In this document: positions 43,480-54,324 of the stretch, piece by piece
Layout of the letters: the number at the start of each line of letters is the position of its first letter
Position numbering within the stretch: position 1 is the stretch's first letter
Source: Candidatus Poribacteria bacterium
GTDB taxonomy: Bacteria; Poribacteria; WGA-4E; WGA-3G
DNA: 64,000 nucleotides
Direction: 5' to 3'
Assembly: GCA_965215265.1 (NCBI GenBank)
Contig: OZ244048.1
Span: forward strand, 1,920,001-1,984,000
The notes under the pieces: generated by a model
Told to the model about the DNA's origin: nothing
The model's input: the letters and a program-made list of their open reading frames with translations, nothing else
The model's database searches: none
Translations under genes and position numbers: made by a program

Positions 43480-45510
43480 TCAGCCATCCACAATTTGACA
43501 GTCTGGAAGTGAGTCCAAGAACTGTTTGCCGTAACTGCCCGTTTTAATTCGCGGATCGAGGATGACGACGATTCCTTTGTCGGTTTGTGTTCGGATGAGC
43601 CTGCCAAATCCTTGCTTGAGGCGCAGTATCGCTTCGGGTAAACTGAATTCAAAAAACTCGTTGCCGCCGCGTTCTTTAATCTGTTTGACGCGGGCTTCCA
43701 TCACGGGATGCGTTGGTACCTCAAATGGCAGCCGCGTGATAATGACATTGCTGAGGGCCTCGCCACGTACATCCACGCCTTCCCAAAAAGTGGAAGTCCC
43801 AAATAAAACAGAATTAGTATCCTCCCGGAACGCTTGGAGCATAGCGGTGCGTGAAAGTTGACCGCCCTGCTTGAACGTTTCGATTCCTATGTCTTCGAGG
43901 TAAGGCATGACAGCCTCGTAAACTTCATCCATCATTTTATAACTGGTAAACAGGACGAACGCTTTTCCGTGTGTCAATTTGAGGTAGTGTTTAATCTCTC
44001 TAATGACTGCTGATGTAAATTCTGGGCGGTTGGGATGCGGCATAGAACGCGGGATGTGAATGCGTACCTGTTGTTTAAAGTTAAAGGGAGAGTGTACGAG
44101 CAGTTCTCTACAGCCGTTAATGCCAACCCGTTTTTTAAAGTAATCAAAGTTGCGATTGGTAGAGAGTGTCGCGCTTGTCATTACGACGCTGTTTTTGGTG
44201 GTGAATAGGTTATCCTGTAACATCTGGTTGACGTTAGTAGGTGTCGCATTTAAGAGGATGCGTGGAGTGCGGCCGCGGGCTATGATTTCCGCCCAATAGA
44301 CATAATCCGGATCGGTTTGCCGGATTATCATGTCCAACTCGTCACGGAGCCGTTCACAGAGGCGGTAGTGTGCAGCTATTTCTTGTTCGTCATCATCGGT
44401 TTGTGCCTCGTCTCGGAGCTGTTTCAGGGCGTTTTCAATTTCGGCGAGGGGGCTATCTAATACATTTCTGATAAAATTGGATTTCTGGATACGTTTTGTA
44501 AGCGGAGAGTGCGCAGCTGCTCCTTGAACAGTGAGGGCGGCTGGATTAGCCGTTGATTTGCCAATTTCATCAATGATTTCCGCAAAGAGGCTGTTCGCTT
44601 GTTCGCGTGCTCCTGCCACCTGAACCTTCAGTTCTGAGATATCAAACCGCGTCGCCAGTCCCGCTTCGCTCCGTTCGTTATAGAGGGAATCGAGGAGCCA
44701 TTTAACTTGTGTATTGCTGAATTCCACACTCGTATGGTGAGTGGCTGTTGCCTCCAAATGGTGTGCTTCATCAATAATCAGGTAATCATAGTCAGGCAGA
44801 ATCCCTGCCGACGCGTTGTCTTTTCGGAGTGCTAAATCGCTGAAAAGTAGGTGGTGATTGACAATAAGCAGGTTTGCTTCTTGCATCTCTTGCCGTGCTT
44901 TAAAGTAGAAACAGGTGTCGTAGGTAGGACATCTGCGCCCGAGGCAGTTGTCCCGATCTGAGGCGACTTTATCCCATACGTTCGGGAGTGGTTGTCTCGG
45001 CAGGTCAGCTCTGCTTCCGTCCTCTGTCAGGCTGACCCATTCGACGATATCGGCTACCTCATTTACCTCTTCCTGGGTGTCAAAGAGTCCGCGTGGATAG
45101 TCAAGCAGTGTCTTGAGTCTTCTTCGGGATAAGTAATTCCTGCGCCCTTTTGCCAGCACTGCGATGAAATCGCGCGGAAGAGTACGCTGCAGAAACGGGA
45201 TGTCCTTGGTAACCAGTTGTTCTTGTAAGCTGATGGTGTTTGTTGAGATGACAACCGTTTGCCCTGCTTTGCACGCCAGTGAGATTGCAGGTATCAGATA
45301 CGCAAAACTTTTACCGATGCCGGTCCCAGCTTCGACAATAAGATGTTCGGAGGCGAGAAATGCACGTGCTACCTCATTTGCCATGTGCAGCTGCTCATGG
45401 CGAAATTCATAGCCGTCAAGTTGTTGCGAAATAAGCCCACCGGGGCTAAAGATATCTCTTAAAGTGAAGGATTTTGATGTTTGTACCATTTTTTTTCGGT
45501 GGCGCGGCAT
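43480..45510 (-). CDS. DinG/YoaA family ATP-dependent DNA helicase
   Basis: EAGTGIGKS, DEAH, SATL, FWEGVD and QGFGRLIR. Confidence 0.93.
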   Translation of the reverse strand: MPRHRKKMVQTSKSFTLRDIFSPGGLISQQLDGYEFRHEQLHMANEVARAFLASEHLIVEAGTGIGKSFAYLIPAISLACKAGQTVVISTNTISLQEQLVTKDIPFLQRTLPRDFIAVLAKGRRNYLSRRRLKTLLDYPRGLFDTQEEVNEVADIVEWVSLTEDGSRADLPRQPLPNVWDKVASDRDNCLGRRCPTYDTCFYFKARQEMQEANLLIVNHHLLFSDLALRKDNASAGILPDYDYLIIDEAHHLEATATHHTSVEFSNTQVKWLLDSLYNERSEAGLATRFDISELKVQVAGAREQANSLFAEIIDEIGKSTANPAALTVQGAAAHSPLTKRIQKSNFIRNVLDSPLAEIENALKQLRDEAQTDDDEQEIAAHYRLCERLRDELDMIIRQTDPDYVYWAEIIARGRTPRILLNATPTNVNQMLQDNLFTTKNSVVMTSATLSTNRNFDYFKKRVGINGCRELLVHSPFNFKQQVRIHIPRSMPHPNRPEFTSAVIREIKHYLKLTHGKAFVLFTSYKMMDEVYEAVMPYLEDIGIETFKQGGQLSRTAMLQAFREDTNSVLFGTSTFWEGVDVRGEALSNVIITRLPFEVPTHPVMEARVKQIKERGGNEFFEFSLPEAILRLKQGFGRLIRTQTDKGIVVILDPRIKTGSYGKQFLDSLPDCQIVDG

Positions 45511-45744
45511 TTTCTATATTTTCGTCATTTTCGTCGATGGGTTCTATAGGCAGGTACCTATGCTCATCCCCTCAGAGATACTCTGGCCAGTCGTTATGGT
45601 AGATTTTAGAATGATTGAGACATGTGAAGCATCTCTGCTGCGTGGTGTGAGTTTCTATGAGCTGCCCCCTCCGTGAAGGTGCACTTTGCAAGCGCGCTCT
45701 ACCTCTTATCCACACCGGCTTCGATTTCTACTTCACGTTAATAA

Positions 45745-47112
45745 TTATTCGCTATTTTTCAACTGAAGGGTTACCTTTTCTGTGCCATAGTTACTTTTTA
45801 TCTCGAGGATGAGTTGCTGTGTATCGCGTTTGGCTTGTAGAAACGCGTCAAATTCTCGTGCGTCGCGAATTTTCTGACCGTTGATTGCAATGATAAGGGT
45901 CCCTCTCGGGATTTTTGCTTTGTTTACCTCTACCCTTTCAACGATAACGCCTTGGTCTGTATCGGTGAGGTAGGTGTATCGTTCAAAGTCGCGTTTTTCT
46001 AACTTCCGCACCGCGAGTCCGAGGGTTTTCCATGCGACAGAGTCATTTTCAAAGGTTTTTCCTGTAAATTTGATCGGCATTTCTGCGATGATTACATTGA
46101 GCGTCCGTTCCTGCCTATTCCGGAGGAATGTAATTTTAGATTCTTTCCCGACTTGCGAGTCGGCTATCCACATTTTGAATGCATTCGGATCTTGAACTGT
46201 CTGCCCGTTGTATTTGACGATGATGTCGCCCCGTTGTAACCCGCCGCGGTGTGCTGGACTATCTCGCGTGACTTTGTGGACGCGAATCCCTTGTGGTACT
46301 TCCATCATCTCAATCCCAAGAAAGCCCCGGATGACTCGGCCGTTCGCAATTAATTGATTGCTAACCTTTTTGACGAGGTTGCTTGGTATAGCGAAGCCTG
46401 CCCCTGCTCTGACGACCCTTGGAACGCGTGGATCATTCGGTGCGTTATCCGGACGGCGAATTAATGCGTTAATTCCGATGACTTCGCCGCGGATGTTCAG
46501 CAGCGGTCCTCCGCTGTTTCCTGTATTAATCCATGCGTCGGTCTGGATGAAATCTTCATATCGGATGATGCTGGTGGTGTCATGGAGGATGGTCCGCCCC
46601 TTACCGCTCACAATCCCACGCGTCACTGTGTAATCCAATCGAAACGGGTTGCCGATAGCGATGGCAAATTGGCCTACGCGAACCTTCTCTGAATCTGCTA
46701 ATGGGAGGACTGGAAGCTCTTCGTCCGCATCAATTTTCAAAACCGCAATCTCGGTGTTGAGATCGGTTCCCACCAATTGAGCATCAAGTTGGCTGCCATT
46801 TAACAACCGGATTTTGAGTTTCGCTGCATCCCGAATGACATGTTCGTTGGTTAGAATATAGCCTTCTTTCCGGACGATAAACCCGGAGCCCTCTAATTGT
46901 TGATATTGACCTGCTGCGTTCAGATGTACGGTACTGACACCTACAATTGCAGGTGTGCTTTTCGCTGCAACATTGACAAAAGCGTTTTCAATCGCGGATA
47001 GTAGTTCTACATCTGTAGGTTGTTTTGTTCCACGTCCACACGAAAACATGCTAATAGTTGTGCTGATGAGAAGAATGAATAGGAAAAAGTTGGCGTATCT
47101 GTTTTTTTTCAT
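45745..47112 (-). CDS. HtrA/DegP-family serine protease (lipoprotein, PDZ domains)
   Basis: GSGF, TNEHV, IQTDAWINTGNSGGPL, PDZ domains and lipobox MFSC. Confidence 0.9.
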   Translation of the reverse strand: MKKNRYANFFLFILLISTTISMFSCGRGTKQPTDVELLSAIENAFVNVAAKSTPAIVGVSTVHLNAAGQYQQLEGSGFIVRKEGYILTNEHVIRDAAKLKIRLLNGSQLDAQLVGTDLNTEIAVLKIDADEELPVLPLADSEKVRVGQFAIAIGNPFRLDYTVTRGIVSGKGRTILHDTTSIIRYEDFIQTDAWINTGNSGGPLLNIRGEVIGINALIRRPDNAPNDPRVPRVVRAGAGFAIPSNLVKKVSNQLIANGRVIRGFLGIEMMEVPQGIRVHKVTRDSPAHRGGLQRGDIIVKYNGQTVQDPNAFKMWIADSQVGKESKITFLRNRQERTLNVIIAEMPIKFTGKTFENDSVAWKTLGLAVRKLEKRDFERYTYLTDTDQGVIVERVEVNKAKIPRGTLIIAINGQKIRDAREFDAFLQAKRDTQQLILEIKSNYGTEKVTLQLKNSE

Positions 47113-47213
47113 GATGGATCTCGTTCCTCGGCGTGTGGCAAAACGGCTGCGCTGACGAAAAGCGCAGCCGCTGTTAATTAAGATTATGGAAGCGATAGCC
47201 ATTAGTTTTTAAA

Positions 47214-48983
47214 TTAATCCACTGCTTCATCCGGATCGTCAGCGGAAAGGTCGTCGCCGCGATGCAAGCGCAGTGCAAGGTTCGCTGTCTGCCGACGTGC
47301 GCGTGCGGTCGGTGCGTGTGCCGCCAAATAGCGGGCTGCAGCAACGAGTGCGATGCGCGCGCGCTTTTCATCGAGTTCATCCGCCTGTTGTAGGGCGGCT
47401 TCCAACATTTGGAAGGAGTGGAATTCAGCGTCCTCCCGTAGGAGAATATGTCCTAGCCGCTCCAACAGTGCGTCACGCGGATGCCCAAGCGACAGGTAGC
47501 GGTAGATGTACATCCCTGCCCTATCTGCTTGTGCCTGCGTATCAAGTAGCTCGACAAATTGATCTAGGAGTTCATCGGCATCGGTAGGAAGGGTGTCAGT
47601 TTCCCTGCGGTGTTGTGGGAGCCGTGCGGCGGGCATGTTGAACCATCTATCAAAATAGATGGCCATTGCACCGTGGAAGATGCCGCGTGCGAGCTCCACC
47701 GAGGGGGCGCGTTTCGCACACTGATGCAGCGCGTTGGCATACGTGTAGGTATGCAGCACCGAGATCCAATCGCCGAACTCGTTCTTGGTGTGGAATCTGG
47801 CGATGCGGAGTGCTGCAGCAGAGGCGAGCACCCGCGTTAATTCAGTTAAGGTTGCGCCATCCTTAAACGCCTGTTTCAATGCCTCGATCGTTTTCAGCGG
47901 GTCATCGGCGAGTAGTGTTTCGGTGAGTGCCTCGCTTCTGTTCCACTCCTTGCGCTTGCCGGTTTCAATAATATCCTCAAGCTCCTCAAAAATGCCTCTA
48001 AGTACGGGTACGAAATCGATAGGGCTGCGCCATCGATTCTGCTCTTCGGCACGTGAAGAGCTCGCCAGCATGCCGACAAGTGTGGGGATAACTTCATCTG
48101 CTTTGTCCCAGCCGATTCGTTCAAGTAGTTCAAATGCTTTGTTAATAAAATCGAGGGTATGTCCGCCATCACGATAAAAATGATCTGTGGCGGCAGTTAC
48201 CATCATATCGCAAATTTGCGTCGGTGTCCCGCCTTGGGCGATTGCTGTCTGGATAGTCCGCTCAGCACCATCGGCGTTCCGGACTTCAATGAAATAGCGG
48301 AACCATGTCTTCAGCTGCACCAAGGAGTGTGATTCGGTTTCAAGACGTGTGAGCGGGATCCGGGGCGCGGATGATGACGTTTCACCGGACACGTGGAGCA
48401 AGCCTTGATAGAGTGCGAGCACCTTGTCGGCATCGGTTAGTTTTTCAGCAACGTTCGCCATGCAGGTGAGAATCGTCATGGCGGGGCCCCATCCTGCGCG
48501 TCTGCCGCGTGCCCCATAGAGTGCGCCGACTTCAACGATGGCATCAGGATGCGTGTTCAGTCCCCTGAGCGCGATAACCGATTTGGCAAGGATGAGGTTA
48601 ATGCTTTGCTCTAACCCTTCGCGGAGCCGAATCTTCCAGCGCTCCCTGGCATCTGCACCATTCGGACTGACGTTGACGTAGACACTACCCTCCCGGATTT
48701 CAATCGGATAGGCTTCCACATCGTCTGCGAACGGGTGAAAGGTGCAACCGCTTGCTAAATCGAACATCGCATGGTGCCAGTGGCAAATCAGTATGCCGTC
48801 TTGCACGGATCCGCGGTTGAGTGGGTATCCCATGTGCGGGCAGCGGTTGTCGACTGCGAAAATCTTGCCGTTGCTTTTTGCCAAGGCAATCGGTTGTCCT
48901 GCTACATTTACAGCAATAACACCCTCTTCAGGAATCTCCCCAACCTCAGCACATTTGATGAATTGGGTCTGTCGTTCAGCCAT
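47214..48983 (-). CDS. Rieske [2Fe-2S] domain protein with a duplicated helical His-containing C-terminal region
   Basis: CPHMG...CHWH. C-terminal GHTLDF, HTYT and FHSFQ motifs. Confidence 0.85.
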   Translation of the reverse strand: MAERQTQFIKCAEVGEIPEEGVIAVNVAGQPIALAKSNGKIFAVDNRCPHMGYPLNRGSVQDGILICHWHHAMFDLASGCTFHPFADDVEAYPIEIREGSVYVNVSPNGADARERWKIRLREGLEQSINLILAKSVIALRGLNTHPDAIVEVGALYGARGRRAGWGPAMTILTCMANVAEKLTDADKVLALYQGLLHVSGETSSSAPRIPLTRLETESHSLVQLKTWFRYFIEVRNADGAERTIQTAIAQGGTPTQICDMMVTAATDHFYRDGGHTLDFINKAFELLERIGWDKADEVIPTLVGMLASSSRAEEQNRWRSPIDFVPVLRGIFEELEDIIETGKRKEWNRSEALTETLLADDPLKTIEALKQAFKDGATLTELTRVLASAAALRIARFHTKNEFGDWISVLHTYTYANALHQCAKRAPSVELARGIFHGAMAIYFDRWFNMPAARLPQHRRETDTLPTDADELLDQFVELLDTQAQADRAGMYIYRYLSLGHPRDALLERLGHILLREDAEFHSFQMLEAALQQADELDEKRARIALVAAARYLAAHAPTARARRQTANLALRLHRGDDLSADDPDEAVD

Positions 48984-49777
48984 TTTCAATTCTCCTTTGT
49001 GATTATTAAGGTAAGCACGCCCAACGGACGCGGAGGCCCAGCAAAATGTCTTTCTTCAACACTGTTCTTATAAATTGATTTAACATATTTTAAGATAATT
49101 TTTGTGCTTTTGTCAACTGTTTTTTTTGCGTGCCAGTCTATATCATTTTTTCCGATTTTCGGCGTAGCACTTCCGCTTTGACTTCTGCTTCCCTTTGCAG
49201 CAAGTTGGCGCGGACTCTCTTTTCTTTCTCGGCGTTCTTCTGCCCTCTGACGGTAATGCAGGAAATCGAAAGTCACGTTAAATATGACAAAGAAGAGAAA
49301 GCAGGAGAGTAGCAGTCGCTTGTGGGAAATGGGTTTGGTACGAAAACAGGCAAAACCAGTCACAGGATGTAAAATTTCATAAAAATGCAACAATTTTTTT
49401 CACAATTTCGGTAAAAGATACGAATTGGGGGTGTGCGGCGGGAAAAAAATCAACATTTGCTCATTTTTTCCTTAAAAAGCACTCAGCGAACGGGGCCTGG
49501 GAACCTTGTGTTTTAGGGATTTAGCAGGTATGGTGCTCTTTTATTTCGAAGAAAGGCGATCAGTCCGATGTGGCGTGCGCACCGTGTGAACTGGAGCAGT
49601 GCATCAGTTTTATCACGGCATAGGCATCAAGGAATTTCAACCGAGTGCGACATCATCGCGCAAGATGACGGCACTCTATCAGTAGTTTAGCAAGGAATCG
49701 GAGATCAGCAGGGAAAAGGCAATCGTAGTGGGAGCCACAAAGCGTGTTCTTCAGCACACGCCTTTTTATACCGAGTC

Positions 49778-50893
49778 TTACTGCTTAAGGTATCCCCATA
49801 TAGTGGTGAGTTTCCCTTCTGCTTCGACGGCCCGAAAACCGGTATCAAAGACCAGAACGTCTGGAATATCGCCGAGTTCTCTATTATATCCTCCGAAGAC
49901 ATAAATTTGTCCGTTGACCGTCGCTGCACCATACGGACTCAGAAGTGTTGGCAGTTCTGGAATATTCCGCCACGCCTCTTTGTGTGGACTATACACAGCC
50001 ACAGTCGCTAAAAAACGACCGTGAGCGAAACCGCCTATCAGATAGATGTCGTCCTTAACAACAATCGTCTCGAATCCCTCTCTGACATCTAACATATCCT
50101 TATTCCGCCGCCATCGACGGGTTCTCGGGGCATATTCCTCAATGCCCCTGAGAAGAGGACCCGCACCAACTGGTGGAAATCCACGTCCACCGATGACATA
50201 AAGACAAGTGCTGACAACTCCTACACCTCCAGGGTCGCGCCGGGTCGGCATTTTTGTACCCTTACTCCACCTATTCGTATCAGGATCATAGACATCCACC
50301 CGATCTATCCGCTGTTCATGTCCCTCACCGAAGCCTGTTGTCCCGCCGATAAGATAGACTTTGCCATCGAACACACCGAGATGAAAGTTGATACGAGAAA
50401 TCGGCATGTCCTTTTTCTGAGTCCATGTGTCGGTTTGAGGATTGTATGCCTCTGTGTGAAGAGGCAATTTCCAATTCTTAATTAATCTGTCTTTTGAACT
50501 ATACCCGCCAAAAACATAGATAGTGCCGTTGACAACAACAGCTCTCGCACCCTGGCGTGGCGTTGGCATATCTGTCAGTCGTCGCCATGTGTTGTTTTGT
50601 GGATCATACACCTCGACGGTTGAAATTCCATAGGGGCCGTCTGGATTTTTAAAGAGAGTGCCCCCGATGAGATAAATCTTATCCTCTACCACTGCAGTTG
50701 CGAAAGCCGTTCTCTTCGTCGAAATCTCAGTGATAACTTTCCATTCCTCACCGGCAAAGGATTCCATTCGCATAAGGAGAAAAATAAAAAAAACGAGAGC
50801 CATAACGGGAGCCGTTTTAGAATTGAATAGGCGTGGCATAGGGCATACTGACATGTGTTGTTCGCAGAAAAAAAGGGAAATTGGTAAATCCAT
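49778..50893 (-). CDS. Secreted Kelch-repeat beta-propeller (copy C) with C-terminal GKLTTIWGYLK motif
   Basis: Six IY.xGG...Y.P....W Kelch units, a signal-like N-terminus and an AAGGAG RBS. Confidence 0.9.
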   Translation of the reverse strand: MDLPISLFFCEQHMSVCPMPRLFNSKTAPVMALVFFIFLLMRMESFAGEEWKVITEISTKRTAFATAVVEDKIYLIGGTLFKNPDGPYGISTVEVYDPQNNTWRRLTDMPTPRQGARAVVVNGTIYVFGGYSSKDRLIKNWKLPLHTEAYNPQTDTWTQKKDMPISRINFHLGVFDGKVYLIGGTTGFGEGHEQRIDRVDVYDPDTNRWSKGTKMPTRRDPGGVGVVSTCLYVIGGRGFPPVGAGPLLRGIEEYAPRTRRWRRNKDMLDVREGFETIVVKDDIYLIGGFAHGRFLATVAVYSPHKEAWRNIPELPTLLSPYGAATVNGQIYVFGGYNRELGDIPDVLVFDTGFRAVEAEGKLTTIWGYLKQ

Positions 50894-51231
50894 GTGCTCT
50901 CCTTTAGAGTTTTTCTAATGAGAAAAAAGCCTCGCCATGAACGTGACTTTTGTAGCAGTTATACGATGTGTAACGACCTTTTCGTAAAACTCAGACATCT
51001 AAAAGGCTTGTTGCCACCTAAAGCCACTCGGATATATCCGAAATTCGGCAGCGAACCGTGAGAGGTTATAGAAGCGAGAACCTATACAAAAACGACTCTA
51101 CGTAAATGGATAAACTCTCGCTTATCTTATGCGGAAGCCATTCGATCTATAAACGGCTTACTCTTCTAACAGGGTCCTGAAGTACACCAGTACACCCAAT
51201 GATGAGTGCTGACCTGCTCAGCACAACAAGT
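50658..51231. repeat. 574-bp near-identical direct repeat (copy 1; partner 55688-56261)
   Basis: Constant offset of 5030 bp. One mismatch seen (GACCTGC vs GACCCGC). Confidence 0.95.
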
Positions 51232-51438
51232 CTGGGCGGGCACGCTACAAGTCGCGAAGCGTCCGCATTGGACCTGATCGCATGCTGCTGCATCGGGTGT
51301 GACCATCAGTGATGCGAGGATTGCACCTGTTGCGACAGTGCCAGCGACTAACGCATTCTTATGAGCGACATGCCCATCTTCTTTGACGAAGAAGTCGCTG
51401 ATGCACTGCTTCGTCAGTTTTGCTATGTGTCTCTGCAT
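51166..51438 (-). CDS. 90-aa Cys-rich precursor peptide (copy C)
   Basis: AAGGAG RBS. Leader with FFVKEDG and a hydrophobic stretch. Core C-x4-C-x5-C-x6-CC-x12-C-x4-C. Paralog at 56196 shows largely synonymous leader differences. Confidence 0.85.
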   Translation of the reverse strand: MQRHIAKLTKQCISDFFVKEDGHVAHKNALVAGTVATGAILASLMVTPDAAACDQVQCGRFATCSVPAQTCCAEQVSTHHWVYWCTSGPC

Positions 51439-51695
51439 GAGATTTTATCTCCTTGAGTTTATCGTAGAAAGGGTTTTGGTAAAATAATGATGTGATATCA
51501 GCAGGATACCCTCTGGATCGTGCTGCATCATCTTTCAACAATCAGAAGGGTAGCAACTCGGGCAACTTCTCTTTCTCAGACGTGTCTCCTCATTGAGAAC
51601 CAACTCAATGCTACCCGAGGAGACGCTCACACGTTGCCCAAAACATCAACGCCATTCCTTTTGACAAAAGGAATGCGTCAACACTCGCCGAGCGT

Positions 51696-52559
51696 TCAGT
51701 GTCCTTTGGCTTTGACGATCATCGGGGTGCCCGTCTTCGCTCCATTTTTACCCACCAGATGATGTGCATTCCCCGAGGCATCTAAGAAGGTCGCCGTGCC
51801 AGCAGGCTCATCAAAATGCCATAACGCCACTGTCTTTGCGTCATTCTTGAACTGGCCGTCTGGCATAAAACCCTTTTTCTCAACATCATAACGTGCAACC
51901 CTCGAGATGCGGACCTCATCAATATATCCCGTGAAGGAATCCCAAAACACTTTGGATGGCGGACGACCAGGCACCTCAATTATTTTTCCAAACCCTCCAA
52001 GCATGAAGTCCTTTGGACGCAAAGCACGAGGATCAAGATCATGTCCGAGGGGGTGATCTTGTTGTATTGTCTTTACGAAATCATTGACAATCATTGTTGT
52101 CTGAGGTCCATTAGACTGATAAACGATATGGTGCCATTGGTTCGGCTCCAGCGGAATCGGGAAAGGGATTCTCCAACCGAGCATTCCCTCAATATAGGCA
52201 CTCATTAGCAAGATAAAGTCTCCCTTCGGAGGCTCTATATTATGCCCATTAGCCAGATTATTTAGTAGCGGTTGATATTCATCGTTCATGATAGTCAGAC
52301 GCACCTGTTGATGGAGTATCGTCAATAACGTGTCCTTGTTGTCGGGCGGTGTGGTGGGATATATCCAGGCTTCAACGGTGAATTCGTCTGTCCCTTCCGG
52401 TAAAAGCAGCCCGAAGGTTTCAAAATCTAAAACGGCGTAGTCATCAACCCCATCGAGGGCTAAGTAGTTTCCGCCTGCGGGTGAAGGGGGCGGGAGTGCT
52501 TTGGCACTCAGCGGAAGGAATATAAGCAAGAGACATGCGAGGCGTTGCCGGTATCTCAT
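51696..52559 (-). CDS. Secreted LamG/concanavalin A-like jellyroll protein (copy C)
   Basis: LDGVDDY, FTVEAWIYP, QWHHI, F.GYIDEVRIS, ALWHFDE. Confidence 0.88.
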   Translation of the reverse strand: MRYRQRLACLLLIFLPLSAKALPPPSPAGGNYLALDGVDDYAVLDFETFGLLLPEGTDEFTVEAWIYPTTPPDNKDTLLTILHQQVRLTIMNDEYQPLLNNLANGHNIEPPKGDFILLMSAYIEGMLGWRIPFPIPLEPNQWHHIVYQSNGPQTTMIVNDFVKTIQQDHPLGHDLDPRALRPKDFMLGGFGKIIEVPGRPPSKVFWDSFTGYIDEVRISRVARYDVEKKGFMPDGQFKNDAKTVALWHFDEPAGTATFLDASGNAHHLVGKNGAKTGTPMIVKAKGH

Positions 52560-52714
52560 TTTTTCTCTCCTTTTCGTAGATAAGTCTGTGAGTTTCATTG
52601 TAAATCTCAGTTTTCATTGCCGGATCAGCAACAGTTTCTATTCTCTCTTAGAGACCCCTTTTTTGTCAAAAAACGGGCAGAATCTGAAAAAAGTTGAAAA
52701 AAAATAGCGCACAT

Positions 52715-52999
52715 TTAAACGTCTAAAATTGTGCAATTCCAGAGAAATTCAATCGTGGCATAATCTGTCACGTCTCGCTGAAGATGCGGATGGGTCTCAC
52801 GCCATAACTTCGCCGTGCTTTTCAAAAGTTGTTTCAACTGATGTAGATAGTCCCCCAAAGATGTCGCCTGAATCTGAGCCGCGAGGTGTTTTATCTCTCT
52901 AATATGCTGTAACCGTTTGGTTTCACGCCATCGCTGATAAGCGAACGGACCTACAACAACAACCGTCAGAATCAGCGTCAGCAAGATATGTTTTTTCAC
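52715..52999 (-). pseudogene. Short membrane-anchored ORF, probably a gene fragment
   Basis: GTG start after AAGGAG, an N-terminal TM segment, then an abrupt end. Confidence 0.4.
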
Positions 53000-53068
53000 A
53001 ACACTCCTTTCTCCCCCATGGGAGTTGTAAACGATTGTTAACGCGAAAGGGATTTTACGATATTCCAA

Positions 53069-54169
53069 TTATGGTTTTCTTTTGAGTTTTCCCCAGCGTG
53101 TTGGCAGTTTACCTGTTGCCTCAACGGCCTGAAAACCAGTATCAAAGACGAGAACGTCTGGCAAAAATTCCAATCCTTCTCCAGCCCCGCCGAAAACATA
53201 AATCTTGCCGTTGACCGTCACTGCACCAAAAGGGCGTAGGGGCGTGGGCATCGATGGAATATCGCGCCATGTCTCTGTCCGTGGATGATACACATCCACT
53301 GTCGCTAAATACTCACGAGGTATTTGTTGCTGAGGGAAACCTCCAATCAGATAAATCTCATCTCTAACAACCGCTGTCGAGAATGAAAATCTGAGGGCTA
53401 ACATCTCCTTTTTCTTTTCCCATTGATGACTTATTGGGTCATATGCCTCAATGACCGTCAGGGCATGCCGACCCGCGCCTGCGGGTGGCCATCCGCCGAT
53501 GACATAAAGACGGTTGTTGACGACAGTCACATCTCCTGGGTCGCGGCGAGTCGGCATGTTCGGTGCTTTTCCCCACATATCCGTCGCTGGATTATAGACA
53601 TCAACCCGTGCCATCGCTACTTCATGTTCCGGACCGACACCCGTTGAACCGCCGACGAGATAGACCCTTCCCGCAACCACACCCAGATCAAAGCTGATAC
53701 GAGAAACCGGCATATCTTTTTTCTTGATCCATCTATCCGTCTTCGGATTGTATGCCTCTACGTGAACCGTAGTTTTCATATTCCAAATTTTGTTATCTTT
53801 GGCACTATACCCGCCAAAGACATAGATAATCCCGTCGACTACCGCAGCTCTCGCACCATGGCGGGGTGTTGGCATGTCTGCGCGTCGCCGCCACGTATTG
53901 GTTTGTGTATCATACTCCTCAACGGTTGAAAGTCCAAAGGGTCCGGGAGCTATTGGAGGACGTGCCTTCAGGTCTTCAAAGAGGCTGCCACCGATGAGAT
54001 AAACTTTATTATCCACAATGGCTGTGGCGAAACCCTCTTTCTCCGTCGGGAGTTGAGTGACGAGTTCCCAATCCGCTCCGGCAAAAGAGGCGATTGACAT
54101 CCATAAAAGAGTGAAAACAACGCCGCCAATAATGATACCTTTTTTGGAATTAAACACGCTTAACATCAA
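53069..54169 (-). CDS. Secreted Kelch-repeat beta-propeller (copy B) with C-terminal GKLPTRWGKLK motif
   Basis: Six Kelch units and an AAGGAGG RBS. Confidence 0.9.
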   Translation of the reverse strand: MMLSVFNSKKGIIIGGVVFTLLWMSIASFAGADWELVTQLPTEKEGFATAIVDNKVYLIGGSLFEDLKARPPIAPGPFGLSTVEEYDTQTNTWRRRADMPTPRHGARAAVVDGIIYVFGGYSAKDNKIWNMKTTVHVEAYNPKTDRWIKKKDMPVSRISFDLGVVAGRVYLVGGSTGVGPEHEVAMARVDVYNPATDMWGKAPNMPTRRDPGDVTVVNNRLYVIGGWPPAGAGRHALTVIEAYDPISHQWEKKKEMLALRFSFSTAVVRDEIYLIGGFPQQQIPREYLATVDVYHPRTETWRDIPSMPTPLRPFGAVTVNGKIYVFGGAGEGLEFLPDVLVFDTGFQAVEATGKLPTRWGKLKRKP

Positions 54170-54324
54170 TTATTCCTCCTTGTTTAGTTGTTATTAAGGC
54201 CCTATTCTTAGCTTGCTATAGCTATTGGCAGGCAGTTAGTTTCTTTTATCTGCGACATCGCTTGCATCAACACAGACTTTTTGAAGCCTCACAAACTTAC
54301 CGAAAGTCGAGAACCGCCTGCGAA

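Noticed and set aside
48986-49393. 135-aa ORF upstream of the Rieske gene
   Set aside because: It is low-complexity, overlaps a sigma70-like promoter (~49087-49116, minus strand) and has no recognisable domain.
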